A DNA stretch of 64,000 nucleotides, from positions 191,555-255,554 of the forward strand of contig NMRA01000273.1 in assembly GCA_002633005.1 (NCBI GenBank), in the 5' to 3' direction. This document shows positions 50,161 to 63,700 of the stretch, piece after piece; position 1 is the first letter of the stretch; each line of letters begins with the position of its first letter. The notes under the pieces were generated by a model. That model searched no databases. It saw only the letters and a list, made by a program, of their open reading frames with translations, and was not told where the DNA came from. A program made the translations under genes and the position numbers. Source of the DNA: Phoronis australis (lineage: Eukaryota; Animalia; Phoronida).

Positions 50161-52169
50161 ACTACGACAACTGATGTTGAATTATAATGGTATATCCCTT
50201 GTAATTGGTGTACCTTGGCGGGAAATTTGTATGTATACATGCCGCAAGTGGGGAGATTACAGAAACAGCTTTGAATCTATAGCTGCTACGTGTTGCAACA
50301 AAAGAACACTTGATCTCGATCAGTAACCAAGTTTTCCAGGAGTTAAAGTAGATGTGATTTTTGGGTTTGATGAAATAACATTTCGTATTAGGCTACATGT
50401 GCGCACCCCGGGGACTGAGGTCGGCTCGAGGGTGCTCGACTGAACGGCACAGGCTGCATGGCGCTCCCTCATTTGGCAAAGGGGGCAAAAAGGTCCGCCC
50501 GCTCAGAACAAACCCGGGCGTGAATCTTTGTAGGCCTACTGAACTTAAACTGATACACATTCTCGGCCGAAATTCGAGCCCCCCATGATTTTTTAGGCTG
50601 GGCCGGGTGCGCGCCAAAGGCTGAAAGGCCGCTTGTTCCTGAGGCTCCCATGACGTGCGTCAGTAGGGCCTACTGAATAGTTGGGACACGTTCGTCGGGT
50701 AGAGCAAGTTGTCGGGCATGAAACATAGTCACTTTCATCTAACAAGTTGATCGCCGGTTTTTAGGCCAACGAAGTCAGTGGTCGACACTGACGCGGGGCC
50801 GGTCCCGGCAATTCAAATCGAATGCGAGGTGAGCCAGGCATACGCGGGACGATTGTCTGCTTGGCTTGCCGACTAGTCGCTCAGTAGGGAGGGAGCGAAA
50901 TTTATATGTATTATACCTATAGTATTAGTTTGCTCTGTCACACTTTTTACCTGGGAGTAATATGTCCTAGCTTTTTACCGGCATATTTCGATCCCGTCCC
51001 ATTAGTCACGGGCCACCGGGCCAACAAAACACCCATGCGTTAGGATCAGCACTAGCGCCATAATTTTGTTCTTTATAATTGGCTTTTGCGAAGTGGCCTA
51101 AGTCCAGGTGTCCCGCTTTTTCATTTTCGCATGCTGGCTTGAGGTTGCATGCAATGTGCAAAGGTGCTCCACCGAATGACGTAGTCCACTGATGACGGCA
51201 GGTTCGTAATTCCTCAGGCTGGACGTGGTGTACTCGACTATCGTGGCCATTTCAGTCAACAAACTTGTCAAATTCTTTAAAATTGATTACTAGTTTTCAG
51301 TTGCAACACAAACTAAAAAATACTGGCGAAATACCGCACCACATTGTTCATCCCATTCCAAGTTATGGAGATTTTTGTCCCACTTTTTCGTTTTTAATGA
51401 AAACGCGCGTCTGTAATCGAAATAGTTGCTTGAGGCATCAAGCTAGCTTTATTTGATGCGCTATGTCGTGAGTTATCTCCCGGCCATTCGCCAATAAAGT
51501 GACCACCGTGACTCCGGCTGAGAGGCGAATCAAACTTATACTTACAAGGATCAGTCGTTTCGATCACAAACAGCATGAAACCCGAGACGCTGTAATTTTT
51601 CTTTCCGTCGTCTGAAATTTTTACTGAAAATGAATCTGTAGACGGGAGTTGTTGTTAAGTTGTGGTTTACTGAGACACCAACAAAAGCGTATACCTTTGG
51701 TCATCAAAGTACCTGCTGTTACAAAAATTGACTTATTGCTGATTGGTGTTGTGACAGAAACCCAAGGACATATCAAATCGAGTCTAAATCGGATACCAAT
51801 CTATCACTTGGCTAATTTTATCGCACTTTTCTGAGTAAGAAGTGACCGTTAATTACTTTTCATTTTAAATTCCAAAAGCCAAAACAGTGCGAAAAATCAT
51901 TTTAGGCCACGATAATATATCAATTTATTTTTAGCTAGTGTTTTATTGCAGTGAAGTCATCACTAGTGCGATAATTACTGCGTTTCCTACAAAAGTACTT
52001 AATTCTGATTAGGTTCACATGAGTTGCCAAAACGCTAGCAGTTTCACCCGAGCACACACTTAAGTGCATATTTACGCACGGTTTGCATTTTTGCCGTATG
52101 AACGCAAGTATACCCGAGTGCAAAGCTTCCAAAGATTTTCTGTTGTGTAATTTGGTATTTTCTATTGAA

Positions 52170-52170
<1 letters not shown>

Positions 52171-52232
<62 letters not shown>
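52171..52232. repeat. (CTG/CAG)~20 microsatellite
   Basis: Perfect (TGC)20 TG; intergenic between the tRNA and the CENP-F 3' end. Confidence 0.97.
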
Positions 52233-52233
<1 letters not shown>

Positions 52234-53299
52234 GTGAAACTTTTACGGCTTTGTATGCCACGGTTTCACTGGTTATGTACAGAGGTGAAATAGGCATATT
52301 TGTAACATCATCAAAACAAATCAGCTTTTCGGTTCACTTGGCAAATGTGCGTTATTCACTCTGAACGATGAATTTCCAAGTCAACACGCAATGAACGCAA
52401 CCCAGTCGACCCCGCATATCGCGTGTTAATATCACTAATGATATAATCAGCATCTGTAATCACACACCAAAAATAACCGACTACTGGAGCCATGTTGTTG
52501 AAACAAAAATCGCGGACAATATTTCGGACGCAGCGATCATTGATATGCGATTTCCATCGATGTTACTGGTAGACCTCCGCATTTGGAAAATCCCCAAATT
52601 TGAAGTGATGTAGTGGAAATTTTGCACAGCGAGTACTATCAAGGGATCTGATGTGACTGCTAATTTGACGTATACACCGAGAAGTGGAAAACACTTGCTT
52701 TCGTAACTCCGCCAAGTTACCAACAGTGGTTAACAAATCATGCACGCATTCATTACGATTTCTATTCAACTAGACAGGTGGATTGCCTTATTCGTTTGTA
52801 ACACGTTCGAGGCATACCTGGCAAAGTTAGCAAGCCTGCAGCGGTACGGTAAATCTGCCCTTTCACAACTTTCAAACCATCCTTCGTCTTTGAAATGTTT
52901 GTTATTAATATGTGTTTTACCACCAATCCTATACTATATCCATACTGGCCCTGCGCGAGATAGTTCCAAGAGCAAATCCGTAGCAGTACATAGGGAGCCC
53001 AGAGCTACCCAGATTCAAGGCAATTCTTCCAAGAATCTCCCTACAAGCAAACGTTGCTTGTGTCGACGTCACTGCAAAGTGCATGAAGTACTGAGCTCAA
53101 ATAATTTGTTTCTCTTTTCTCCCACACCACCACGATGTAAATTTACATTTGCTGCATATAAACCGGGCTTAAAATATTAGTGTCTTAGCTAGGCAGACGA
53201 GCTGCCCGCGAAGGGAAAATTTCCCCAGCTGTTAGTTCGTTTCCAATAAAACAAAGACCTCTTACCCCTGCGCCTGTGTATCGTTTGAAGTATGCCGTG

Positions 53300-53687
53300 T
53301 GGTGCAAGTAGTTTTGGGGAAACTCAAACCTTCAGCAAAGGTGACCCTTGAGACCTTCACATTACTGGTGTTTTTATTGTTAGCATAGAAAATATATATC
53401 TGAAACTAAATAAGGCGATCCAGATCCTCCCAAGGATACTATTGTTTCAAGAAATGAAGAATATAAATCGGTAAATAAAACAACAAGAATGGATCAACTG
53501 AAATTTGAAATTTTCGGATGTAACAACTTCCTTTATCAACAAAAACAGAAATAAAGTAAAATCAAACACAAAATGACAATTGACATATAAGATATGGTGT
53601 NTGGTGCAAGTAGTTTTGGGGAAACTCAAACCTTCAGCAAAGGTGACCCTTGAGACCTTCACATTACTGGTGTTTTTATTGTTAGCA
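53300..53687. repeat. 86-bp direct duplication (53300-53385 / 53602-53687) beside n53601; probable assembly artefact
   Basis: Identical copies; copy 2 begins right after the n. Each copy contains a minus-strand AATAAA (candidate CENP-F polyA signal). Confidence 0.8.
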
Positions 53688-54532
53688 AAAACGTTTAGCG
53701 TTTTAGCCAACATGTGAACCAGGTATTAGATGAGGATTCCTGATAAACAGGCATCTCAACCACAGATGTACAAATCTACTGATGAAGTACAGGAGGCTGT
53801 GAAACCATCAAGTTTATAATGAAGCATTTTAATAACACTAAAATAGTTATCAAATGTTGTATTTACAGTTAGTACAAAACAATATTGTCTGCAAGCCACG
53901 CAATTTGATTCTTCAGAATCATCTCCCACAGAATACACCACATAATGTTCCTTTCGGCTATTTACAAACTGCTTCACTGAAACGAATGTACTGCCTATAT
54001 CTAATGAGTAATCTGATGCAATTAAATAACACGCACAATCATACATGATCACAACGCAACTACATGCACAAATGGTTATCAAAAATCTTAATAGGAGATC
54101 ATTCTTCATCAAATGGTGAGAGAATTAATAAGCTACATTGGGTTCAGTCAGAAACGCCATCCCTGCAACACTTAGATATAATAACTGAGCTGAAAATAAA
54201 TAGAATAAACGAGGAAGCAATACCAACACTGCAGATGGACACTTCATGTGGCCACTCCCTTGCAATACAATGCGGAGTAAACTTATGTACATAGGATCTA
54301 CTGCAAATACACCACCAGTCAAAGAATGTATCCAAAGCTGTACCACTGAAAACAAGTCTAGAGGCAGTATTGCCGCAGCTGCTTGCGTTGTGTTTGTCGT
54401 GAAATACTTTTAGGTAAATGCAAAACGTGATTAGACAGCAAAATTTCCCCACAGGTGTCAGGCCAAACATAAAGAGAGCAGAAAATTAATTCCAAAAAGC
54501 TCTAGTGACTTAGTCCCCACAATCAGGTCAGT

Positions 54533-54742
54533 CTACTGCACTTTACAATTCTCCTCTTGCATCTCTCCACCTGGTGTAGATGCTGGTGTTTGCATTCGCT
54601 GGCGCCGGGTCTTCATCTCTGGAGACTTCTTGAGGCTGAGAGCACGCTGAGGAGGGCCCACTTTCTTCTTTATCGCTTCCTTCTCAGTGGGTGGCATCTT
54701 CTTAGGACTGTTGGTGATGGTCGATAGAGCGGAAGGTAAAGG
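54533..54742 (-). CDS. CENPF: CENP-F-like terminal coding exon ending in CaaX box CKVQ
   Basis: Acceptor TGTGCAG|CCT; ends ...QEENCKVQ-TAG. Confidence 0.9.
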   Translation of the reverse strand, partial: PLPSALSTITNSPKKMPPTEKEAIKKKVGPPQRALSLKKSPEMKTRRQRMQTPASTPGGEMQEENCKVQ

Positions 54743-57700
54743 CTGCACAAAGAGAACGGACAAGGTCAGAAAATCAGGACCACTAACATAATGTCTACTA
54801 GTGGGGTTGACGAATGAACGGTTGATAAAATGACATACAAGAGCCAGACCAATGAGCGATGGGATTGGAAGAACGTTCAGCACACAGACTTGAAGGTTAC
54901 GGTTCCAACTCTTATTGATTTCACTTTCCACGAGTTTTCAATAACACAGTTTTTTCCATGAGTTATTTTCCAAACAAAAAGTAGAGGAATTGCAATTTTT
55001 GATACTGACTGTTACTAAGCACAATTGAATGTACAATGAACTCCAGATAAAACTTCCAAAATGATGGGTTTGATTTTCATCATGAGAAATTTTCCATGAG
55101 TTATCCACTAGAGTTTACCTTTTTACTTTCCATGACATTCACATGCACAGAATATGGTTCTGTAGTATTCCAGATTTTTGATAATGAGTGGGACCTATGC
55201 AGGTCAGCACGTAGTTCATTGAACATGGCTACAGGCTAGCCCAGAGGTCATTGAACATGGCAACAGGTTAGCCCACAGTTCACCTGTGCTCCAGGCCATC
55301 CATTGGTTGACAAACAACTAGTTACCACGAGCCAATGATCACATAATCAGAGTTAAATTCATAACAGCTTACTTTATATATACTTTATACATAATATCTT
55401 AATGAAAGTCCAGGCAACAGGTTAAAAGTAATTTATCATTTATTTCTGTGTCAAAATGCAAATATAGCCCCCCAAAACAAATGATTTGTATTATTATGTA
55501 CAGTGGTGCAGATGGGAATCAAATTTTTTTCAGAATTAATTAATCGGAAACCTTTTTGATTCGAGGCTCGATGCTGTATCAGTTTTGAGTGATGTCACAA
55601 AATACTGGCATGGCTATTTGCTATGGCAGGCAGGTACAACTCATCAGACACTACTTCCTGCACTATCAGACGAACTTTTGATTGAGGACGAAGAGACTTC
55701 GCCTCATACACATGAATTTTTAACTTTCCTTAAAAAGATAACAGAATCAATTGCTTTTCCTGATAATGTCCGCATCAAGTCGTCGAATCAGTGCAGCAGA
55801 TATATAAAGCACGTTGCCGTGAAATGATGAGTCAAACAAACGTTGCCCACCCGAACTAAAACATTATGACTGTGTCGTCGCATTCAACCAATCAACAATG
55901 TACGTACTGTTTTCACAGGAGCTCCAGCTGAGACTTGACTCCGAGTTCTAGGAGGCTGGTTGGACGAATCAAGTGACTGCAAACAAGGCAAAATGGAATC
56001 AATACAACATTCTGGCAAATCACATTTGTGAAATCAAGCAACCACAGTAAACATTCTTGAAGCAACAGCAGGTGAGACCATGAACAAAACAATAAACAGC
56101 AATGAGTAACATTGTTATTGTAGTGTTACAAATTAATCACCTGAGCTTTATACCGATCACATGAGTTTTCTGACCGAGTGTGAATTCCGTAAATGCGAGA
56201 ACCTTGTGAAAGCGTAAGATGATGCAAGACATCATGTGATATCGCTGTGCATTACATGTGAAGCACGTGATGAGACTAGCTGCCTTCTGAGGTTCTTACG
56301 TTTATGCAACTCAGTTCAGGTTTGAAGAGATTAAAAGATTGTTACATCTGACCTTTTTCCAATATACTAAAAAGGCATAACTGTTATCAGCATACGTATT
56401 ACATAGCACTATTAGCAGACATAAGCAAGTATTTCTGAAAGAAATCACAATCAGTTTGTTATAAATACACTCCCTTAGCAGACATCACCTTTAGCAAAGT
56501 TTAAAATACTGTTACCCATAAAGAATATCTCGTGAAGGCTTACCGCCATTTTTGGTTTCTGTGCAGACATTTTGCTGCTGTTCAGCGTTGACCGTCGTAA
56601 AACAAACGGGCTGGGTTTGGCCAAGGGAATGTCGGCAAATCCTGAAAATCAAAAATTGTACCAATGACCACGTCACACATGTCACTGCCAAAAAAGCTGA
56701 AAATAATACTATTGTGTAGTTTTTTTTGACAAGACACGTCTACCACTAAAGGGACATTGCACCACTGTTTTGCTGTCAAAGTTGAATACTTGAAAGAAGC
56801 ACTGCAGGGTTTAAAAACATTACCACGCTCCTCTGACCTAGAACTGTTAACAAATGAGCTGGCAATTCACCTCATAGGTAATGCATACATGTGCCATTTT
56901 CAAATTCACAATTTTAGGGTTAGCCAATTCCAGTTATGACAAGGAATATTATAAGACTGGTTTTATGAAAGCAACACGCCCAATTTGATCATTTTTAGCC
57001 AGATAAACGGAGAAAAATGCAGCTTTAAATTTTCACAATTTTGAGTTGTCTTAACTCAACAGAATTTATAAGACAAAATGATTGCATAAAAATTCATTCA
57101 GTGACAAAGAGGCCATTCATTGGATCAGACACGCAGTTTTCAAAAATTCAGCCGTAATGAGAACATGACATTAAGCCAAGCACTTACCATAGAATAAGTG
57201 AGATAATATAAACAACTGCTCATTTCATTATAGTTTTATTAACAAAGAACAAAGGATAAGGAGAACTCATTAAAAAAGTCGGTTCATTATTTTGCCACGA
57301 TCTTGCTACCATCCATGGAATATTACACGTTTCCAAAAGCAGCGTGTGACCTGACTAGCTTTCACTCACAAACACCAGGCATAAATATTCTCTCAGCTTT
57401 AAGCTCTACCACAACAAACACTCACCTTTACTGACATCTTCAGGCAGGCCAGGGATCTCTACGTCTGGTGACTCACAACGTTCAGCAGATGTGTCATCGG
57501 CCAGACGGGATCTCTTGCTCACACCTCCCACGGGAGACAACGAAGTTCGTTTGGTCGCTGCTGCTTCATGATTGGCCTGGGTGCCATCTTGGCTATGCTG
57601 AGTGTTAGCAGCTTTCTTAGTTGACAGTCGTCTGGATCTACGATCACCATCTGGAGCCGAGGCAGGTTGAGTGGCTTTAACGGCAACTGAGGACAGCTTG

Positions 57701-60700
57701 GATTCAGCTGAAGAATTCTTGGCAGTATTGGCATTTACTTTCTGTTTGTTCAAGAGATCACCTGCAAATGGCAAGGGAACACAATGTGTTTCTGAGTTGA
57801 ACGCCAATTCTGTGTCATTTTGAGATGTTCACTCATCCCAGAAAGGTAGTTTTTAGGGAGCCTTTGTCAAACAGACACAGTCCTCAACCAGTGCAAACCC
57901 CATTTAATTTTGCCCAGTAGATGCATGCTGAACAATCCTATTGATTTAGGCTGCAGAAAAAGGAACAAATTGAAAGAGTTTTTATTCATGCTGTCAGCGA
58001 AGGCAAAACAGCAGCGATTGCTTCAGACAACTGCACTGAGTTCTGAAGAGACGTAGGTTGCCTCCATTTGGAAAGATTTGCAGTAAAGGAAACAAAAACT
58101 TAAAGTTGTAAAACAAACTATCAATGAACCCTACCCAGAGCCTTTACACGAGTTGACAGTGTCAGATTGGTCGACTCCAGCTTCTTATTCTTTTTAAGTG
58201 CATCATAATACTTGTCCATGTTTTCCTTGGCTTCCCGAACTTTACTATCCAGTTGTTCGCGCAGACCAGTGGCATCCTCTTCCTGTAATTTCAAAAACAA
58301 ATATGTACACTATAATGTTATTCAACACAACCATTGCCAGATGACCACACACACTAAGGAGTAACCAAACTGTGAAATTCTGAATCGTTAGAACCTACCC
58401 AATACTCGCAAATGCACACACTCCAAGCACCACCTGTGAAGTAACATAACAGTAACAGCCTCTTAGAGTGAAGAATTGTGACAATTACTGTTCCCCAATA
58501 GCAAGTGTAAAACGTGAACGTAATAGTTTGTAACCTTTACAACCATACAAAAGGACATCTCTCTGCATCTAAATTCACTGATGCTAATACCAACTTTTAA
58601 AGCAATATTTAAGACTTTATTTCCGTGTTGGCTAACTGAAAGTACTGCAGCAGACATGCACACAGGTGACTGGCTTATCAATGTTAGAAGAAGTCATGCT
58701 AGCAACAAAAAGCTACGTAAAAGTCAATGGCGAAGGAAAACTGCAGGTAATAGTACTTCCATAACTGCTAGAAATATTGTTTATGTGACAAACACACAAA
58801 GTTTTAAATGTACTGAAACTGAGATTTGTCTTCAGGAGTCTGTTAAAGTCTGTACTTTGGCGTTATCACTACCAAATACACACTACTACCACTTGGCCTA
58901 CCTTTGCCTTTGAGGTCGTCGCCATGGTACCGACCCGAGCCAGTTTCTCTGCCTGTACCTCCATCTCCCCACGTAACATCTCCATTTCCTGTTCCTTCTT
59001 TCGTGCATTCGTTGTCGTCAGGTACAATTTATTCTTCAACAACTGCTTGTCATTTTCTACAGCTGACAATTTCTCCTTCAGTGTCTCCATCTGTCAACAA
59101 AGACGGTAACAACTCACATTCTGTCACAACATTCCTGAATTGCAGCAAGTGAAATGCATCATAAAAGATTATTTAAGATTGCTAAGGTCGAAAAGTCTTC
59201 ATTGTTATTTTACACCACGCTTGACCTCAAGCTTGATAATTTTTTAATGTTTATTACAAAAAACAATGTACAATAAAAAGACTTAAGTCTAGAAAGCGTA
59301 AGAAAACATTATACCTATATATATATACTTAACAATACATACAGATGAAAGTGCATATCTACATATACATTTAAACATACATGTAAAATCTAACAAGAAC
59401 TTCAGTATGTGCAAGACTACCATTATAAAAGATAGTGATGTCAAATTTAATACAAATATATGGTGCTTCTATACAATACCTTGCTGATACTGATCAAGAG
59501 CGATTACATGTTATACAGATATGGAGTACAAATAAGATATTTTTATTAGTTAAGAGCCAAGCTGTGTCAGTTTATTCAACAAATGATTCCGCAATGAAAT
59601 AGAAATTTCTGTTCTCATTGCTGGTACTAAGCTGCCCCACAAGTCAGTTTAACTAGTATCTCATTTAAATTGTGGTCAGGTAACATACCTGTGAACAGTT
59701 GGAGGTCCTCATTATTTGTTCAAAAAGAGCTTTACTGCCAACTGGTGATACAACTAATTTCAATGAGTCACCGCTGTGCCAGAAAAAGGCAATTCTTCAC
59801 CAAATCTCACCTCCGTCTTGTATTTCTCCTCAGACAGCCCAGAGTCTGCAGTCAGTCTCTCAAGATCTTCTCTGAACTTGGTGACCTTTGATGTCTCTTC
59901 TGTTAGCTGGCTGCGCAGACCAGAACACTCTGCCTCCAATGTGGTGAGCTTCTATAGATTAGAAAAACGAGGTGACACATTTTTGAAAGCACAAAAGTGA
60001 CATTCTAATTCACCAACTGTGAAAATTCATTGCCTTTCTCCACAGTACTCCGTGTTGTCAAGTCGCACTTGGCCTGGGTTGCGCAATTATGTTCAAACTC
60101 TATCAACTTAATTAACATTGAACAGATACAAAACATAGTGAACGGACTCATGTATAGTGAGGCAGGTCACAATTTGTCACATCTCAAAATTTTCAAAATG
60201 TCACAGTGAAGTCTCAATTGTCACAGCTTTTTGCATGTATAAATAAGTCACATCAATATTAGTCAGTTATAACGACGAATTCCGTAATTTGAGAAGAGCT
60301 ATGATGCCGGCATAAGCACCAGATCATCAACACCATCAACCTAACCACAAATCCAGACGAGGATCAGCCAGCAGTACATTGGTGACACGTGTCTGCATAT
60401 CATGATTAGAGTTGGAACCGTTCTCTTGACTTTGCAAATAAAAAGTATCAGGTTAGAAAAGGGGATGTTATGTGAATAAACAGGTGACGTTGCAGCTACC
60501 AATTTTTCTATGGAAAGTTCAAGAAAATAAGCATGAAAAAATGTTGGGCTCTTTGAAATAAAGCATAAAAATGTACACATCATCAACAGTACCTCGACCA
60601 TTTTCTCCTTGGATGCCAGCTCTGTCTTCAGCTGCTCCATCTCTTGTTCAATGCCAGACTTCTCATCACAAACACGCCTGTAACTCTCTGACTTGCTCTG

Positions 60701-63700
60701 ACCCTCCACTGCAAGCTCTGACAACGACTTCTCCAAACGTGCACACTCCCCTTCTGCTCTTTCAAGTTTGGCACAAAGATCTGTTATTTCAGCTTGGAGC
60801 ATGGCTTTCTCGTTTTCCAAAGTGAAGAGCTGCTGCAACAAATCTCTCTTCTCAGTTTCTTGTGCATCGAATTGTTTTGTAAGCTTCTCAACAGACAATC
60901 TTTCAGTTTCGATCTCCACTTGGCGTTTATTCAGCTGCTCCTGCAAATCAGTCTTCTCACACTGGAGAGCAGCGACCTCCAACTCCATTTTCTCTACTCT
61001 GTCACCAAGACCTTCTTTGTCGACATTCACTTTGCTGAGGCTCTCAGTGACCTGTAAGTTGCGATTTGTCACCTCCCTCAACTCGCTCTGCAAGTGGTTA
61101 ATTGTGTCCTCGGAGTTCAGTTTCTCAGCAGACATTTTCTCAGTGAGATCACTACGTTCCCTCTCCAAATCGCTAACCTTGCCTTCAAGCTGGCCAAACT
61201 CCACTTTCACTGCACTCATTTCCCCCTGCAGCTGTACAATCTCCTGTGCCTTTGCCTCAATCTGCTTACAAAGGTCTGCCTTTTCCGCCTCTATGACTGA
61301 CAGTTCAGTCTGACACTCCTCTAGTTTCTCTGCTGTTCCATCCCGCTCCCTGCCCAACACTTCTAGCTCATCTCTCGCAGACTTCAATTCACTTTCTAGC
61401 GATGAGCAGCTCAACACCATCGACTTCAGCTCACCGGCGAGCTCGTCTTTCTCTGAGGTGACAGCGGACAACTCGATTTCATAGTTTTCGATCTTCTCCT
61501 TTAAGTGACTTGCTTCACCTTCTAACCTCGACACGTCTTCCTTCAACACAGTCGCCTTGATCTCAATCTCGCTACGCTCCTCTTCTTTCTCTCTCAACTG
61601 ACCAATCAGATGACTCTTCTCAGTGTGCATGGTGGACAGTTCCAGCTCGTAACTCTCCAGTTGCTCAGACACCTTGCCTGAGCTCTGCTCAATATGTTTA
61701 GCCTGACCAGTTAGCTCGGTGTTGACCCTTTGCAGCTCAACAAGCTCAAGTTGCAGACTGGAAATCTCGTCCTGTAGGTTGGAGTTCGTAGTGTGAAGCG
61801 TCTATAAACAAACAAGAAAGCAATATTCTCAGTCCTCGTTAGATACCCACGAAAATTAGGTCAAAGCGTGAAGTTTGACTAACGGATCTACGGTTCCATA
61901 AAGGGGTGGGACAACAGCAATTTTCAAAGTAAAATCTTTGTGTGCACCCTAAAAAATGGCATGTTGGTAACACTTTTGGTTGTGTCTGTGGAGAGCCACC
62001 TGTGAGTTTAACAATACACCACTCAAATGTCATGTTACAAATTACAAAATTCACACATAGCTAAATATATATATGCACATTTTTACAATTTAAGAATAAT
62101 CATGCCCTACCTGTATGGTCTCATCACGCCCAGCCACCTTTTCCACCTGTTTTGCAAGTCTTGCTTCATACTGCTCCACGGCACTCTTCAATGTGTTGGC
62201 CGTTTCTTTGAGGTCATCAAACTGACACGTGATCTCTGCTAGCTGACTGTCTAATTCCAACTTCTGACAAGTCACTGTGTCCAGTTTTGACTGCATTGTC
62301 ACTAATTCGTCTTCGCAACAACTCAGTTTCTCCTGCAGGTAAGAACATGTATTCAAGTGATATTGGGATGCATTACTTATAATAACAAACAGGGTTACAT
62401 CTATGACAAGTCCAAATACACACCAACAGTAATATTGAGGACACCCAAAACTGAAACACTGGCAAACAACTAGATCACTCGAGAAGTCGCAAGTGACAAT
62501 AATGTGCTAAAAATAATCTTTAGCTCAGTCAGCTAAAGCTTCATTAATTTAAGATCCTTCCTAAACTTCCCCAATTTCAGATTAATTGTCTAGTCAATAC
62601 TAATATGTACTAAATATACACTGGCCCTTTCCAACTATACCTGAGCAGCGTTGACATCACTTCTCATTGCGTCCCTCTCCAGTTCCACTGTGCGCAGCTC
62701 CTGCTTCAGACTCTGGCACTCGGCCACCACCACATCATTGGCGCTGCCCTTAGAGATCTGCTCCTCAATGAGTTCCTCCAGATCCTGTGACAAGTTCTCG
62801 ATGCGTACATTCGCCACCTCTAACTTATGTTTCAGATTGTCTCGCTGGAGCTCAAGATCCTTCTGGCACTCCAACAGTGTTGAGCACTCTTCGACAAGAG
62901 CAGTAGCTTCTTCGGTCTTCATAGCAAATGCTGCTTGAAGTTCCTTATAGCTGGCCGTGATGGTCTCAAGATCCTTCTTGCGCTGACAAAGGTCTTCATT
63001 TACTTGCTCATTGATTTGTCTCAGTTCAGACAACGCGGTGTTCCGTGTCTCGCTGTCGCAGTCTCTGGCTTGCTTCTCTTGTTCCAAACGCTTCAAGTCA
63101 CTATCCAAATGCTCATAAGACTGCTTGAGTTCAGAGTGGACGTACTCTAGGGTTTTGTGCTGCTTCTCAACTGTGGTAAGCTGCTCCCTCTGCTGTGAAT
63201 TGGCAACCTGTAAACATCGATAATGAAGAAATTCAAAGAGTTAGAAATTAACATGCAAGTGCATTGTTGTCTATCATTTTTGACAAGCTAGGATATGGAC
63301 TGAACTGAACAACACAACAGGTAAAACATAGACTATGGAAGGAAAGACATACAACAAACAGGAGACAACGGAAAAAAACAACTGTACCTGTTAGGGCTCA
63401 AAGGTCAATATAGAAAGTATAAAGCAAAAGGAACAATAAAAGGAGCCTCCTTCTAATTGGAATATTTAAACACATTTCTGTCCAACAAGATTTTACCGTG
63501 GCATTATGTTACCATGGCAACATACCATGATGAACAGTTATATATATATATAGTTTTGTTGCTAGGAAACTGTCGAAAGTAACAGGCACTCACCTGCAGG
63601 TGGTCCAGTTGAGTGGAGAGCTGACTCTTGACTTCCTCATGCATGTCACATCTCTGCTTTACATTCTTGCACTCAATAGCTGCTGCTACCAGTCTGGCTT

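Noticed and set aside
50393-50651. Three short overlapping ORFs in the GC-rich island
   Set aside because: Expected from GC-richness; no motifs, splice context or consistent frame.
51935-52364. Poly-Ser (minus) and poly-Leu (plus) ORFs
   Set aside because: Artefacts of the (CTG)n microsatellite; the flanking residues are not protein-like.
56914-56923. CTAACCCTAA (telomerase-template-like 10-mer) on the minus strand in a CENP-F intron; also TAACCCTAA at ~43301
   Set aside because: A single 9-10-mer is plausible by chance in 64 kb; no pseudoknot, CR4/5 or H/ACA context seen nearby.
60571-63150. Plus-strand ORFs (e.g. 60768-61313, 62651-62938)
   Set aside because: Antisense shadows of the CENP-F coiled-coil exons.
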